Shown: positions 29,203 through 39,408 of the stretch, one piece after another
Layout of the letters: the number at the start of each line of letters is the position of its first letter
How positions within the stretch are numbered: position 1 is the stretch's first letter
Assembly: GCA_963674755.2 (NCBI GenBank)
Contig: CAXXVS010000003.1
Span: 2,208,001 to 2,272,000 of the forward strand
Origin: Desulfobacterales bacterium
GTDB lineage: Bacteria > Desulfobacterota > Desulfobacteria > Desulfobacterales > UBA5852
Length of the DNA: 64,000 nt
Direction of reading: 5' to 3'
Notes under the pieces: model-generated
Database searches by the model: none
The model's input: the letters and a program-made list of their open reading frames with translations, nothing else
What the model was told of the DNA's origin: nothing
Position numbers and translations under genes: made by a program

Positions 29203-29398
29203 ACTGCACAACGGACGCTCCCGACACTTTTCCCCTGCGCGGCGGCTGCGGCGTCTGCATTTTGCAGGAGTTTCCCGCCCCCCTGTTTTTCAAGGCTGGT
29301 TTCCTTCGGTCAAATGGACGGCGGACGATGGAGGTGTTATAGTGGCGCTTCGGCGTCAACCTTCACTTGTCATCCCGGACGGGAACCAGGCAGGTACC

Positions 29399-30199
29399 AT
29401 GACGATTTCCCTGATCATTTCTTCGGGTGCCGCCGGTGCCGAATCGGCGGCACTGGATGTGGCCCTGCGGCTGAAAATCCCTTACGACGGTTACACCGCC
29501 GCCAGTGCCCTGCTCGACACCCATCCCATGACCCGGCGCTACCGGCTGCGGGAGCAATCCTTTGCCAGCAGACGGGAGCAGGACGAAGCCAATGTGCGTC
29601 TGGCCGACGGCGTCCTGATCTTCACGCCGGGCGATCCCGATGTGGTTCCGGCGCAGGTGGAGGCCTATGCCCAGTCCTGCGGACGCCCCAGTTTTCTTGT
29701 CGATTTGAAAGCCATGGAGCCCTTGCAGGCTGCCTTTCATATCCGCATCTGGGCGGACAAGCACACCCCCGCGGGCCTGTTTGTGACGGGGGCCCGGGAG
29801 ACGGAAGAAACCCGCATCTATCAGGCCGTCTACGACAGCCTGTTCAGTTGTCTGATGCTGGGCCGCGACACCTATCCCGGACAGGGTCAGCCCGCGCCGG
29901 AAAAGAGACCCCTGCCCACCAGCGTTGCCGAGGCGGTCGTCTGTTTGGTCGAGGTTTTGTCGCTTAAGGACAAGGTCAGCATCGCCAACATGAGCGCCGA
30001 CGAGATCGGCGATTTAAACCAGACCCTCGGCAACTACATCCGCAACGCCTTCGGGCTGTGGTCCGGCAATGAGCGGCTCATGTGGTCGTGTGCCAAAGAA
30101 GCTGGCCGGAAGGTGTCCCGGGAGGATGAGGCGTCGGCCGTCATTCTGGGGCGTTTGGCGTTGGAGCTGGAGAAAACGCATAAACTGCGAAGTGTGTGA
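29399..30199 (+). CDS. Divergent SLOG (YpsA-like 'putative molybdenum carrier') domain plus DUF6794-like domain
   Basis: IISSGAAGAESAALDVA, NVRLADGVLIF, FVTGARE; C-terminal LGNYIRNAFGLWSGN. Confidence 0.65.
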   Translation: MTISLIISSGAAGAESAALDVALRLKIPYDGYTAASALLDTHPMTRRYRLREQSFASRREQDEANVRLADGVLIFTPGDPDVVPAQVEAYAQSCGRPSFLVDLKAMEPLQAAFHIRIWADKHTPAGLFVTGARETEETRIYQAVYDSLFSCLMLGRDTYPGQGQPAPEKRPLPTSVAEAVVCLVEVLSLKDKVSIANMSADEIGDLNQTLGNYIRNAFGLWSGNERLMWSCAKEAGRKVSREDEASAVILGRLALELEKTHKLRSV

Positions 30200-30566
30200 A
30201 GCATCAATGGTAGAAGCAGACCAGGATGGCCAAGAGCCCGATCAACAGGCCGATATAATCCATCGGTTCCATAAGCAATCACTTCTCTTCCATGCTAAAT
30301 GAACATTTTCCTGCGGGCCGGACATGATACCGGATGCTTTGCACAGCCATGGTCCGATTTCCCTTCGATGATTTCGGCAAGGCCTGATGCAAATTTCATA
30401 CTAGATAAGTCAAAATATGATTATCAATCATAACAGTTGGATAGGGCTTTAACCTTACTAAAACAATGGGCTTGATGAGAAATTATTTTCTCTTAGATCC
30501 ATCTGACCTGAGAAGTATTTTTCCCAAAATGAATGTGGGCTGATGGGCGGCCCGGGGATTGGACCC

Positions 30567-33308
30567 ATGCCCGAAGCGCAAACGACATCCCGCCGCATCC
30601 CTGTGCGATGGATCGTGACCCCGGCAGCCCTGCTGGTTGCCCTGATCCTGATGGCAGGTTATCTCCTGCTGCCCCTGGCAGCCGAGCGGTTCGTCGTGCC
30701 GGTGCTGTTCAAGGCGGCGGACATCCGGAATTATGTCCTGCCGGTCCGGGTGGTGAGTCCCTTTGGCATGGATCTGGGCGCGTTGCGCATCGGACCTGCG
30801 GCCTCCCCCGGGATTGCGGTGGCCGCCATCCGGGCGCGCTACCGCCCGACGGGGCTCCTGCGCGGCCACCTGACCCGCCTGACCCTCGATGGGGTGCGTA
30901 TTCGCCTGGTGGCCGAGCCGGACGGCGGATTCGAAATCCCCGGATTGCCCGCGTTCCGGGAGCGTTCCGGCGAAGACCAGGGGCCGTCTGTGAAGCTGCC
31001 GGTGACCGTTGCCCGGGTGGACGTCCGGCAGGGCGAGATCCTGATCGGAATGGCGGACAGGCAGGTCCTGATCCCCTTCGAAGCGCAGCTTGCGCCGTCG
31101 CCGGACATGCAGATCCTGGAGGGCTCTCTCACCCTGAAGGTGCCCGACCAGGGAGTGATTGTGCAGGGACGGATGGATTTGGCCGAAAACCGGCTGGTCG
31201 TGAAATGGGAGGGCCGCCGCCTTCGGCTGGGGGAACTGGCCCGTCTGGTGGGCCTGCAAAGCCTGACGGCCTTGACCGGGACCGGGGCGGTGGGCGGGGA
31301 GCTGCAGGGCCGCTTATCCCCCTTGAAGATCGAAACCGCTGCGCTGACCATGCGTCACACCCCCTGTCGACTGATCTGGGGCGATATCCGTCTTGATTTG
31401 GCAGGCGACACGTCCGCGGACGATCTACAGGCAACGATCAAACGCAATGGGGCCGGCCTCTGGGATGTGGATGCGGGCCCCATCCGGATGGTGCTCCCGG
31501 AGGGGGAGGGCCGTTTTACGATGACCGGTCAGCTGGCCAACAGGGCCGATGGCAGCTGGAACTGGCAGGGGAACCTTGCCGCGACAGTGGCGCTCGCCCT
31601 GGATGGCAACCGCCCTCTGCAGGGGGCCTGGCCCCTGGCGCTGGAAACAGCCGCCCGCTTGTCACCGGAGGGCCGCTGGCAGGCGGATCTCCAGCTGGCC
31701 GAATCCGGTCCTGCCGGAGGGAAGGGGGGCAAGGCCCGCGGAGCGCCATCACCCGCGCTGCATCTGGCAGGGCTGACGCTCCATGCGGAAGGCGAGCGCG
31801 CGCCGTTGCAGGCGGATATCCGCTGGCAGCTCCCGGCCCTCGACTGGACGCAGGGCGATCTGCATCTGCACGTTGAGGCTGTTGAAGGGACCACCCGCTA
31901 CCAGCATGATGGCGCGGCCGCCAAAGGCACCCTGGCCGTGACCCTGGGAGCGGCTACGGTCTCCGCTCCGGCCGGTACGGCCCGCCTGGAGGGCCTGCGG
32001 CTGGCCGGGCAGGGGCAATGGCACCCCGGCGGGCCACCTGATTTGTCGGGCGAGTTCATGGTGGGCAAGGGTCGTTTTAACGTTCCGGCCGGGGATGTCC
32101 GGGCCTCGGGTTTCAGCCTGCGGTTGCCCCTGGCCTGGCCGCCGCCGGAGAAAGCCAAAGCGGGTGTCTTTCGCCTGTCTTCGACCCTCTGGCAGAAGCG
32201 GGAACTGGGCGGGGTGAGCGGCCAGCTGCGTCAGACCGCCCAGGGGATCGCTTTCGAGGCCCGCCACGCCAACCGGCTGGTGCCCGGGTTGATGGTGAAG
32301 GCCGGGGGGCAGGTGGCGCTGGGGTCTGGAAGCCGCATGCCCCTGGTAAAAATCGACTGGTCGGCCGAGCGGCCTGTCGACGCCGAACCGATAGCGGTCT
32401 CCGATCTTTTGCCCGAACCGTTGGGCTTTCCCATCACCTTCACGGGAGCCCTCTTCGCCCGGGGGGAGGCGGCCTACGACGGTGGGTTGCGGGGATCCCT
32501 CTCGGCCGGCATCGCCGGGGGACGGCTTGCGGTGGAGGACCAGGGCGGGGTGATCGAGGGGATCGAGACCGCCTTGCACTTTCCGGATATGACGACACTG
32601 CGCAGTGCACCGGCCCAGGTCATGACCTTCAAGGGGGTCGCATTGGGGAAGGTGCGGGCGGAAAAGGGCCGTCTGGCCTACCAGGTGGAGCCCGGCGCAG
32701 TCGTCTTCCTGGAGGACGGCCGCTTCCAATGGTGCGGCGGAACCGTTATCATTCCGGCCACGCGTTTCACGGCTGGCAAGAACGCTTACGATGTCACGGC
32801 GTTCTGCGACCGCATCAAACTGGACCTGCTGCTTGAGCAGCTGGGCATGGCCCAGGTCGAGGGCGGCGGCGCCATCAGCGGCCTTATACCGCTGAGCCTG
32901 GTGGATGGCCGCCTGCGCTTCAACAATGCCTTTCTCTACTCCAGCCCGGGGGAAGGCGGGGTGATTCGGGCCCAGGGATCGGAGATGCTCACGGCCGGCA
33001 TCCCGCCGGGAACACCCCAGTACAACCAGATGGAGCTTGCACGCTATGCCCTCAAGGATTACGATTACCAGTGGGCCAAGGTCACCATGAACAGCGAGGG
33101 AGACGACTTGCTGGTACAATTGCAGTTCGACGGCAAGCCGGCCGAAGCGCTGCCGTTCGAATACGATTCCGCCGCCGGCGGTTTCGTCAAGACGGCCCCG
33201 GGCACGCCGGGATCGGTCTTCCAGGGCATCCGGCTGGATGTCAACGTGACCCTGCCGCTGAACCGGATACTGCGCTATCGGGAGTTTTTCAAACGATTGC
33301 AGCAATGA
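30567..33308 (+). CDS. ydbH: YdbH-like AsmA-family intermembrane lipid bridge
   Basis: N-terminal TM, long beta-rich body, ISGLIPL, ALKDYDY, LDVNV; followed by ynbE/ydbL-like genes. Start could be 30543. Confidence 0.8.
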   Translation: MPEAQTTSRRIPVRWIVTPAALLVALILMAGYLLLPLAAERFVVPVLFKAADIRNYVLPVRVVSPFGMDLGALRIGPAASPGIAVAAIRARYRPTGLLRGHLTRLTLDGVRIRLVAEPDGGFEIPGLPAFRERSGEDQGPSVKLPVTVARVDVRQGEILIGMADRQVLIPFEAQLAPSPDMQILEGSLTLKVPDQGVIVQGRMDLAENRLVVKWEGRRLRLGELARLVGLQSLTALTGTGAVGGELQGRLSPLKIETAALTMRHTPCRLIWGDIRLDLAGDTSADDLQATIKRNGAGLWDVDAGPIRMVLPEGEGRFTMTGQLANRADGSWNWQGNLAATVALALDGNRPLQGAWPLALETAARLSPEGRWQADLQLAESGPAGGKGGKARGAPSPALHLAGLTLHAEGERAPLQADIRWQLPALDWTQGDLHLHVEAVEGTTRYQHDGAAAKGTLAVTLGAATVSAPAGTARLEGLRLAGQGQWHPGGPPDLSGEFMVGKGRFNVPAGDVRASGFSLRLPLAWPPPEKAKAGVFRLSSTLWQKRELGGVSGQLRQTAQGIAFEARHANRLVPGLMVKAGGQVALGSGSRMPLVKIDWSAERPVDAEPIAVSDLLPEPLGFPITFTGALFARGEAAYDGGLRGSLSAGIAGGRLAVEDQGGVIEGIETALHFPDMTTLRSAPAQVMTFKGVALGKVRAEKGRLAYQVEPGAVVFLEDGRFQWCGGTVIIPATRFTAGKNAYDVTAFCDRIKLDLLLEQLGMAQVEGGGAISGLIPLSLVDGRLRFNNAFLYSSPGEGGVIRAQGSEMLTAGIPPGTPQYNQMELARYALKDYDYQWAKVTMNSEGDDLLVQLQFDGKPAEALPFEYDSAAGGFVKTAPGTPGSVFQGIRLDVNVTLPLNRILRYREFFKRLQQ

Positions 33309-33359
33309 CTGCTTTGTAAAATACCCCTACGATGGACGCTAACTTTAGGGAGGTGCACC

Positions 33360-33581
33360 ATGCACAATTGGCAATGGCTGCCGGTCGGTCTGGCGCTGGG
33401 GGTGATGCTGCTGCTTCCCGGCTGCACCCATCATCAGGTGGAGGTGGCACCGGTGGAGATCAAACCGATCCACATCACCATTGACGTGAATGTCAAGATC
33501 GACCGGGAACTGGACAACTATCTGGACGATATTTTCGAGGCCGATCAAACTATTCGCAAAAAACAGGAAACCAACCCCTGA
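33360..33581 (+). CDS. ynbE: YnbE-like lipoprotein
   Basis: Lipobox LPGC; PIHITIDVNVKIDRELD. Confidence 0.85.
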   Translation: MHNWQWLPVGLALGVMLLLPGCTHHQVEVAPVEIKPIHITIDVNVKIDRELDNYLDDIFEADQTIRKKQETNP

Positions 33582-33611
33582 GCGGGACTGGGGAACCATG
33601 GAGGATCCGTC

Positions 33612-33989
33612 ATGAATCGCATTTCGCATATTATCTTGGCTATGGGAGGATTCGCTCTGGCCCTGGCCCTGCTCATCACCGCGCCGGCCTTGGCCGGCCC
33701 GCTCCAGGACCAAATGAAGGCCCGGCTGCCGGAGATCGTGGCCCTTAAATCCAAGGGCATCATCGGGGAGAATTCCCAGGGCTATCTGTCATTCGTGGGC
33801 CAGAGTCGGGAGGGGGCCGATATTGTCGCCGCGGAAAACGAAGACCGCAAAATGCTCTACCAGGCGATCGCCAAAAAGACCGGCGCCACCACGGAAAAGG
33901 TCGGACGCAGGGCCGCCCTGAAATGGAAGGAGAACCTCGGCCCGGGGGAATACTTTCAAAACGAGGACGGCACCTGGATTAAAAAATAG
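33612..33989 (+). CDS. ydbL: YdbL/DUF1318 periplasmic protein
   Basis: Signal peptide; GIIGENSQGYL, ENEDRKMLYQAIA, terminal GTWIKK. Confidence 0.88.
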   Translation: MNRISHIILAMGGFALALALLITAPALAGPLQDQMKARLPEIVALKSKGIIGENSQGYLSFVGQSREGADIVAAENEDRKMLYQAIAKKTGATTEKVGRRAALKWKENLGPGEYFQNEDGTWIKK

Positions 33990-34110
33990 CCGGCCGAATG
34001 CCTGCCGCAGGTCCGCGGCCCCGCCGCGGATCACCTCCCTGTCGGCCTTGTCACCAAAGGCCGGTCTCCAGCTATAGCGACACACCCATTATCGACGCGA
34101 GGATTATTGC

Positions 34111-35475
34111 ATGAGTACACCAGCGCCTCCCTGGGACGTCATCAGCGCGCTGATCGAAGCGCGGAACAGCGCCGAGTTGACGCGCTTTATCGAAACCCTC
34201 AGCCCGCCGGATACAGCACGGGCCATCTCCCGCCTGAGTGAAGAAAAACAGGTGGCCCTGCTGGGACTGCTGCATCCCGAGGATGCCGCCGATCTAATCG
34301 AGGATATCTCGGAAACCCAGGCGGCCGATCTGGTGGAGGAGATGCCCTCGGAGCAGGCGGCGGCCATTATGGAGGAGCTCTCCAGCGACCACCTGGTGGA
34401 CGTCCTGGGGCAGATGGAGCCGGATGCCAGTCGGGCCATCCTGGCCCGAATGGATCGCGAAGACGCGGAAGAGGCCCGCATGCTGCTGGCCTATCCAACG
34501 GATTGCGCCGGCGGCATCATGATTTCGGAGTTCCTGGCCTACCGCAACGACGACACCATTCAAGGGGTGCTCGATGATCTGCAGGCCCATCGCAGCGAAT
34601 ACGCCGACTACAACGTCCAATACTTCTACGTGGTGGATCAGGAAGCCAAGCTGGCCGGCGTCCTGCGCATCCACGACCTGCTGTTTCCGGCCCGGAATAC
34701 CCGGCTGGGGGATGTGATGCTGACCTCCCCCCTCAGCGTATCGGACAAGGCTTCCCTTCGGGAGCTGCGGGCCTTTTTCGACGAACATCACCTGTTCGGC
34801 GTACCGGTGGTGGACGACATGAAACGGCTGGTGGGGGTGGTCCTGCCGGATGATGTGGAAGAGGCGGTCAACAAGCAGAAGACCAAAACCTTCCTGCGGT
34901 TGAGCGGCATCATCGGGGGCGAGGAATTCCGGACCATGCCCCTGTTGTCCCGTTCCGGACGCCGACTGTCCTGGCTGAGCATGAATATCGTGCTCAACAT
35001 CATCGCCGCCAGTGTCATCGCCCTTTACCAGGACACCTTGTCGGCGGCCATCACCCTGGCGGTTTTCCTGCCCATGGTGAGCGATATGAGCGGCTGTTCC
35101 GGCAACCAGGCCGTGGCGGTCTCCATGCGGGAGCTCTCTTTAGGCCTGGTCCGGCCGGGGGAATTGTTGTGGGTGTTGGCCAAGGAAGCCCGGGTGGGCA
35201 TCATCAACGGCCTGATCCTGGGCGCGATGCTGGGTGGGGTGGCCTATCTCTGGAAGGACAACCTGTGGCTGGGACTGGTGGTGGGCGGCGCCCTGGCGGC
35301 CAACACCCTGGTGTCGGTCCTGCTGGGCGGGATGCTGCCCCTCGCGCTGAAAAAACTGAAGCTGGACCCGGCCCTGGTCTCCAGTCCGCTGCTCACCACG
35401 GTCACCGACATGTGCGGGTTTTTCTTCGTCCTGAGTTTTGCCTCGGTGGTGCTCTCCAAACTCGCCGGGGTATAA
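34111..35475 (+). CDS. mgtE: Magnesium transporter MgtE
   Basis: Helical N-domain, CBS pair, RRLSWL, GCSGNQ, DPALVSSPLLTTVTD. Confidence 0.93.
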   Translation: MSTPAPPWDVISALIEARNSAELTRFIETLSPPDTARAISRLSEEKQVALLGLLHPEDAADLIEDISETQAADLVEEMPSEQAAAIMEELSSDHLVDVLGQMEPDASRAILARMDREDAEEARMLLAYPTDCAGGIMISEFLAYRNDDTIQGVLDDLQAHRSEYADYNVQYFYVVDQEAKLAGVLRIHDLLFPARNTRLGDVMLTSPLSVSDKASLRELRAFFDEHHLFGVPVVDDMKRLVGVVLPDDVEEAVNKQKTKTFLRLSGIIGGEEFRTMPLLSRSGRRLSWLSMNIVLNIIAASVIALYQDTLSAAITLAVFLPMVSDMSGCSGNQAVAVSMRELSLGLVRPGELLWVLAKEARVGIINGLILGAMLGGVAYLWKDNLWLGLVVGGALAANTLVSVLLGGMLPLALKKLKLDPALVSSPLLTTVTDMCGFFFVLSFASVVLSKLAGV

Positions 35476-35558
35476 ACGCGCGGCTAAATCGGCGTTGCCA
35501 AAGACCGGCCAAAGGTGTAGATCCGTCGAAACTCTGATGGGGAGACGGCATCGGCCTT

Positions 35559-36779
35559 ATGCGGGTCCTGACGATTTTCATCGCCACCTATATCGGGGTG
35601 GCCATCGGGCGGGTGCCCTGGCTGGTGCTGGACCGTACCGGCATGGCCCTGCTGGGGGCCATCGCCATGGTGGTCAGCGGCGCCGTTTCCCTCGACCGCG
35701 CCGTGGCGTCCATCGACGCGGCGACCATCCTGCTGCTCTTCGGCTTCATGATCGTGTCGGCCCAATTGCGGCTGGGCGGCTTCTACACCCGCGTAGCAAA
35801 TGCGCTCGCCGCCTGCCGGGTCGGTCCCCGGCTCTTGCTGCTCAACATCATGCTGGCCAGCGCCGTCCTTTCCGCCCTGCTGGCCAACGACATCGTCTGC
35901 CTGGCCTTTACACCGGTGCTGGTGGTCTCCCTGCAGCGGGCCCGGCGCAACCCCGTGCCGTATTTAATCGGACTGGCCGTGGCCAGCAACATCGGTTCGG
36001 CGGCCACCATCATCGGCAATCCCCAGAACATGCTCATCGGTCAGATCGGTCAGCTCGATTTCGGGCGCTTTTTCACCTGGTGCGGGCCGCCGGCCCTGCT
36101 GGCTCTGCTGGGCGCCTTCGGCATTATCTGCCGGGGCTACCGTAAAGGGTTTAGCCTGCCGACGGCCGCCGTTCTCCCGGACGTATCCTGGCCGGTCTTC
36201 AACCGCTGGCAGACCGCCAAAGGGCTGGCGGCGGTGGTTATCCTCATCCTGCTGTTCTTCACCAAGTTGCCGCGGGAAATCACGACGATCGCCGTGGCCG
36301 GGGTGCTGCTTTGCAGCCGGCGGTTGAAATCCAGGCAGATCGTCGAACTCGTGGACTGGTATTTGCTGACCCTCTTTTTGGCCTTGTTCGTCGTCATCCA
36401 GGCCGTGGCCGACGCCGGACTGCCCGCGGCCGCCACGGCGGTGCTAAAGCCCCTGGGCATCGATCTGGCCAATCTTTATGTTCTCTCCCTGGTGTCCACG
36501 GCCATGAGCAATCTCTTCAGCAACGTACCCGCCGTCATGCTGCTGATCCGCTTTCTGGATCCTACCGATCCCTTCCAGTGGCAAGCGTTGGCGCTATCGA
36601 GTACCTTTGCCGGCAACCTGATCACTATCGGGAGCATCGCCAATCTGATCGTCATCGAGCAAGCGCATCTATACGGGGTCGAGATCGGTTTCCGGGAGCA
36701 CGCCCGCATCGGCGTGCCGGTCACGCTGTTTTCGCTGCTGGTGCTGGTGGTCTGGATTGGGGTGCGGCAGGGGGCTTGA
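35559..36779 (+). CDS. ArsB/NhaD (IT superfamily) anion permease
   Basis: LANDIVC, SNIGSAATIIGNPQN, SNVPAV, AGNLITIGSIANLIV. Confidence 0.88.
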   Translation: MRVLTIFIATYIGVAIGRVPWLVLDRTGMALLGAIAMVVSGAVSLDRAVASIDAATILLLFGFMIVSAQLRLGGFYTRVANALAACRVGPRLLLLNIMLASAVLSALLANDIVCLAFTPVLVVSLQRARRNPVPYLIGLAVASNIGSAATIIGNPQNMLIGQIGQLDFGRFFTWCGPPALLALLGAFGIICRGYRKGFSLPTAAVLPDVSWPVFNRWQTAKGLAAVVILILLFFTKLPREITTIAVAGVLLCSRRLKSRQIVELVDWYLLTLFLALFVVIQAVADAGLPAAATAVLKPLGIDLANLYVLSLVSTAMSNLFSNVPAVMLLIRFLDPTDPFQWQALALSSTFAGNLITIGSIANLIVIEQAHLYGVEIGFREHARIGVPVTLFSLLVLVVWIGVRQGA

Positions 36780-37057
36780 AGACGACCTGCTGGGACCGGC
36801 GGCCGGCGAAAAGCCCGCGCGTTTTTCAGGTAGGTAGCGGCCGATAGGCCTGTTGATGCTCGTGGCCTGTCGTTAAGGGTTTAATGAGCGTGTGGAATAC
36901 GGTTAGTCACCGCAGAATATGGCGCTGGGAATTGCCACCATGAGAGCCGTCATTGGAACCACAGGCTGTTAATGCGTCCAGGACCATCCATTTCACCAGA
37001 AATATGCCGTTGCTGCGGCTCTGGCCCGGGAATACCTTATCCAGGCTCAAAGAATAC

Positions 37058-37104
37058 TTGACATGGTATGGTTACAAGGATAGTATATTCCAAAATGGTT
37101 ATAT
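37058..37104 (+). promoter_or_regulatory. Sigma70 promoter with overlapping ArsR-type operator
   Basis: TTGACA(37058)-17 bp-TAGTAT(37081); imperfect palindrome ATATTCCAAAATGGTTATAT 37085-37104. Confidence 0.7.
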
Positions 37105-37115
37105 GGAGTTCGTGC

Positions 37116-37463
37116 ATGAAAACTCTCGTCAAAATCATGAAAGCCCTGTCCGATCCAACGCGCATCAAGATCGTGAAGATGCTTCAGCACAAAACGCTAT
37201 GCGTCTGCGAAATGCAGGCGGCCTTGGGGCATTCCCAACCCAACGTGTCCAAGCATTTGAAGATCTTGCAGGAAGCCGGCCTGGTGGAATCACAAAAGGA
37301 TGGTTTGTGGGTTAACTATGCGATTGTTCCGGCCGACAAGGCCGGGCCGTATGTCGGCACCTTACTAAGTGGCATGGAAGGGTGGCTGGAGGATGACCCG
37401 GAAATGAAGGCCATCCTCAAAAAGATCCATTTCGTGGATCGTGTGACCCTTTGTCGCAACTAA
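37116..37463 (+). CDS. ArsR/SmtB repressor
   Basis: KALSDPTRIKI, LCVCEM, SQPNVSKHLKIL, GLWVNY. Confidence 0.93.
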   Translation: MKTLVKIMKALSDPTRIKIVKMLQHKTLCVCEMQAALGHSQPNVSKHLKILQEAGLVESQKDGLWVNYAIVPADKAGPYVGTLLSGMEGWLEDDPEMKAILKKIHFVDRVTLCRN

Positions 37464-37489
37464 AAAATTTTAGGCTATTATATAACTGT

Positions 37490-37523
37490 ATATCGATATA
37501 GCGATATTAACACACTTGATATC
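37490..37523. promoter_or_regulatory. Two overlapping palindromes (candidate operators)
   Basis: ATATCG-atatag-CGATAT 37490-37507 and GATATTAA-cacac-TTGATATC 37503-37523. Confidence 0.5.
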
Positions 37524-37596
37524 ATTGGCGCCGTTCTCAGGAGCATCGCAACCGTTTACGAAAACATGACTGTCACCGATGTCAAAGGAGATTATG

Positions 37597-37830
37597 ATGG
37601 AAATCAAAGTCTTGGGCCCTGGTTGCCCGAAATGCCGGCAAACCATGCAGCAGGTCGAGAAGGCCATCGTCGAGACCGGCGTAAACGCGGAAGTGTCAAA
37701 GGTCACGGATATCCGCAAAATCGCCGAATACGGCGTTTTCGGAACACCGGCTGTGGTGGTGGACGGGGAAGTCAAAAGTGTTGGCAAGATCCCCCGTGTG
37801 GAAGATATCAAGGCGTGGATTCAAGGCTGA
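37597..37830 (+). CDS. Small redox-active disulfide protein (thioredoxin_3 type)
   Basis: MEIKVLGPGCPKC, YGVFGTPAVVVDG. Confidence 0.92.
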   Translation: MEIKVLGPGCPKCRQTMQQVEKAIVETGVNAEVSKVTDIRKIAEYGVFGTPAVVVDGEVKSVGKIPRVEDIKAWIQG

Positions 37831-37871
37831 TGCAGGCTAACGATTACTTTTTCTGATCAGAGGAGAACCGC

Positions 37872-38297
37872 ATGACGAAAGAATGCTGCCAATCCAACAA
37901 CCACGTTATGATTCTGGCCTGTTCGGGCGCATCCAACGTCGGCCAGCTCAGCAACCAGGCGGCCATCGAACTGACCCGGGAAGGGTATGGCAAGATGTTC
38001 TGCCTGGCCGGGATCGGCGGGCAGTTGTCCGGCTTCGTGCAGTCGGCCAGGGATGTCCCCCATCTGGTGGCGATCGACGGCTGCCAGGTGGGTTGTGCCA
38101 AGGCCATCCTGGACCAGGCCGGCATCGAGACGAAAAACTACATCGTGCTGACCGACAACCCCGGGATCGAAAAGAACAAGGACTTCGAACTCAAGCGTGA
38201 GGAGATCGAACAGGTGAAATCCACGGTCAAGGGGCTGCCGCTTGCCGTGGGGGCACCGCCGGTCTCCGGCTCCGGTGGGTGCTGTTCCTGCTCCTGA
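37872..38297 (+). CDS. DGC-domain putative zinc-binding protein
   Basis: ACSGASNVGQ, CLAGIG, AIDGCQVGC; Cys-rich tail GCCSCS. Confidence 0.88.
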   Translation: MTKECCQSNNHVMILACSGASNVGQLSNQAAIELTREGYGKMFCLAGIGGQLSGFVQSARDVPHLVAIDGCQVGCAKAILDQAGIETKNYIVLTDNPGIEKNKDFELKREEIEQVKSTVKGLPLAVGAPPVSGSGGCCSCS

Positions 38298-38338
38298 ACC
38301 TGTCCGGATAATGCGAATTGCCTGAAGGAGGTTACGGT

Positions 38339-38731
38339 TTGAACCAATCCGTCCGCGTTTTGCTCATAGTCGTATGTTTTTTGTTGTTCGGGGGAACGTC
38401 CCTCATCGCCGGCGAGCCGGTCGAAGTACCCGTCAAAGGCATGGTGACCATGGTGGACCTGGGGGCTGACAAATGCATTCCCTGTAAGATGATGGCCCCC
38501 ATTATTGAGAAGGTGCGTAAGGATTTCGAGGGCCGGGCCGCCATCGTTTTCCTCGATGTCTGGAAGGATTCCAGCCACGGACGGCGGTTCGGCATCCGCG
38601 CCATTCCGACCCAGATTTTTTTCGACGCCGAAGGCAAGGAAGTATTTCGCCACATGGGATTCATGGATGAGAAGAGCATCGTGGCCAAGCTTTACGAGCT
38701 GGGGGTTCCCAGGCCTGAGACGACGCAGTAG
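38339..38731 (+). CDS. Exported thioredoxin-family protein
   Basis: Signal peptide; DLGADKCIPCKMM, IRAIPTQIFFD, FRHMGF; TTG start after AAGGAGG. Confidence 0.88.
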   Translation: MNQSVRVLLIVVCFLLFGGTSLIAGEPVEVPVKGMVTMVDLGADKCIPCKMMAPIIEKVRKDFEGRAAIVFLDVWKDSSHGRRFGIRAIPTQIFFDAEGKEVFRHMGFMDEKSIVAKLYELGVPRPETTQ

Positions 38732-39077
38732 GGCCGTCGAATCTCTACGGGCGGCTGCCGGGCCTGGAGGAAGTAGGGCATGCCTTTGCCAGGGAATCAA
38801 CCTGAGGAAAACAAATCGGCACTTGCCCATCCTGAAGGAAATCAAATTGGAAGAGATGTCCGCTCCATCCGGCGGGATCTGTTCAAGCCATTTAAGGGCC
38901 TGCCGCCATCGCGTTCCCCCAAGGTTGATGCAGCGTTTGCTGGTACGGGTTACCGATAATCAGTGTGGCTCCAGCAGAACGTCCAGTTGCCGTAAATCGC
39001 AGGGCGTCATAACGGAAGGTTTTTCAATTCCGTGTGGCAGCAGGCCGGCCTGCCGATCGATAAACAGGGGTAACGCC

Positions 39078-39380
39078 ATGAACGAGGAACAGATCCTGGA
39101 GGACCACAACCACGAAGAAAACGGATGCGTGTGCCATGACCACACGGAGGATAGTCACCTGCATGGCTGCGCAGGCCACCACCACGGACCGCCGTTGCAG
39201 GACACCAGCGGTCCCCGGCTGCTCGCCACCCTGGCGTTGAACCTGGTCATTCCGACAGCCCAGATCGTCGCTTCCATGCCCATGGCCCAACGGCTGGTCA
39301 TGGCCGAGTTTTTTCGCTTTTCTTCCCAATTGAAAGTCCTGTGGGAAGACAAAGGTGGTGCGCAGGATACCGACCTTTGA
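39078..39380 (+). pseudogene. Truncated CDF (CzcD-like) transporter N-terminus joined to an unrelated tail
   Basis: His/Cys-rich leader and TM1 (RLLATLALNLVIPTAQIV), then abrupt switch; none of the later CDF helices follow. Confidence 0.6.
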
Positions 39381-39408
39381 TCCGGCCGGAATCGATGGGG
39401 GTCAATCT

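Noticed and set aside
28891..29211. Small ORFs over the structured repeat (also 58812-59122)
   Set aside because: Translations of the repeat; frames are not kept between copies.
38505..39077. Long N-terminal extension of the 291-aa ORF or an ArsR remnant near 38780-38860
   Set aside because: Overlaps the thioredoxin out of frame; resemblance to an HTH is too weak.
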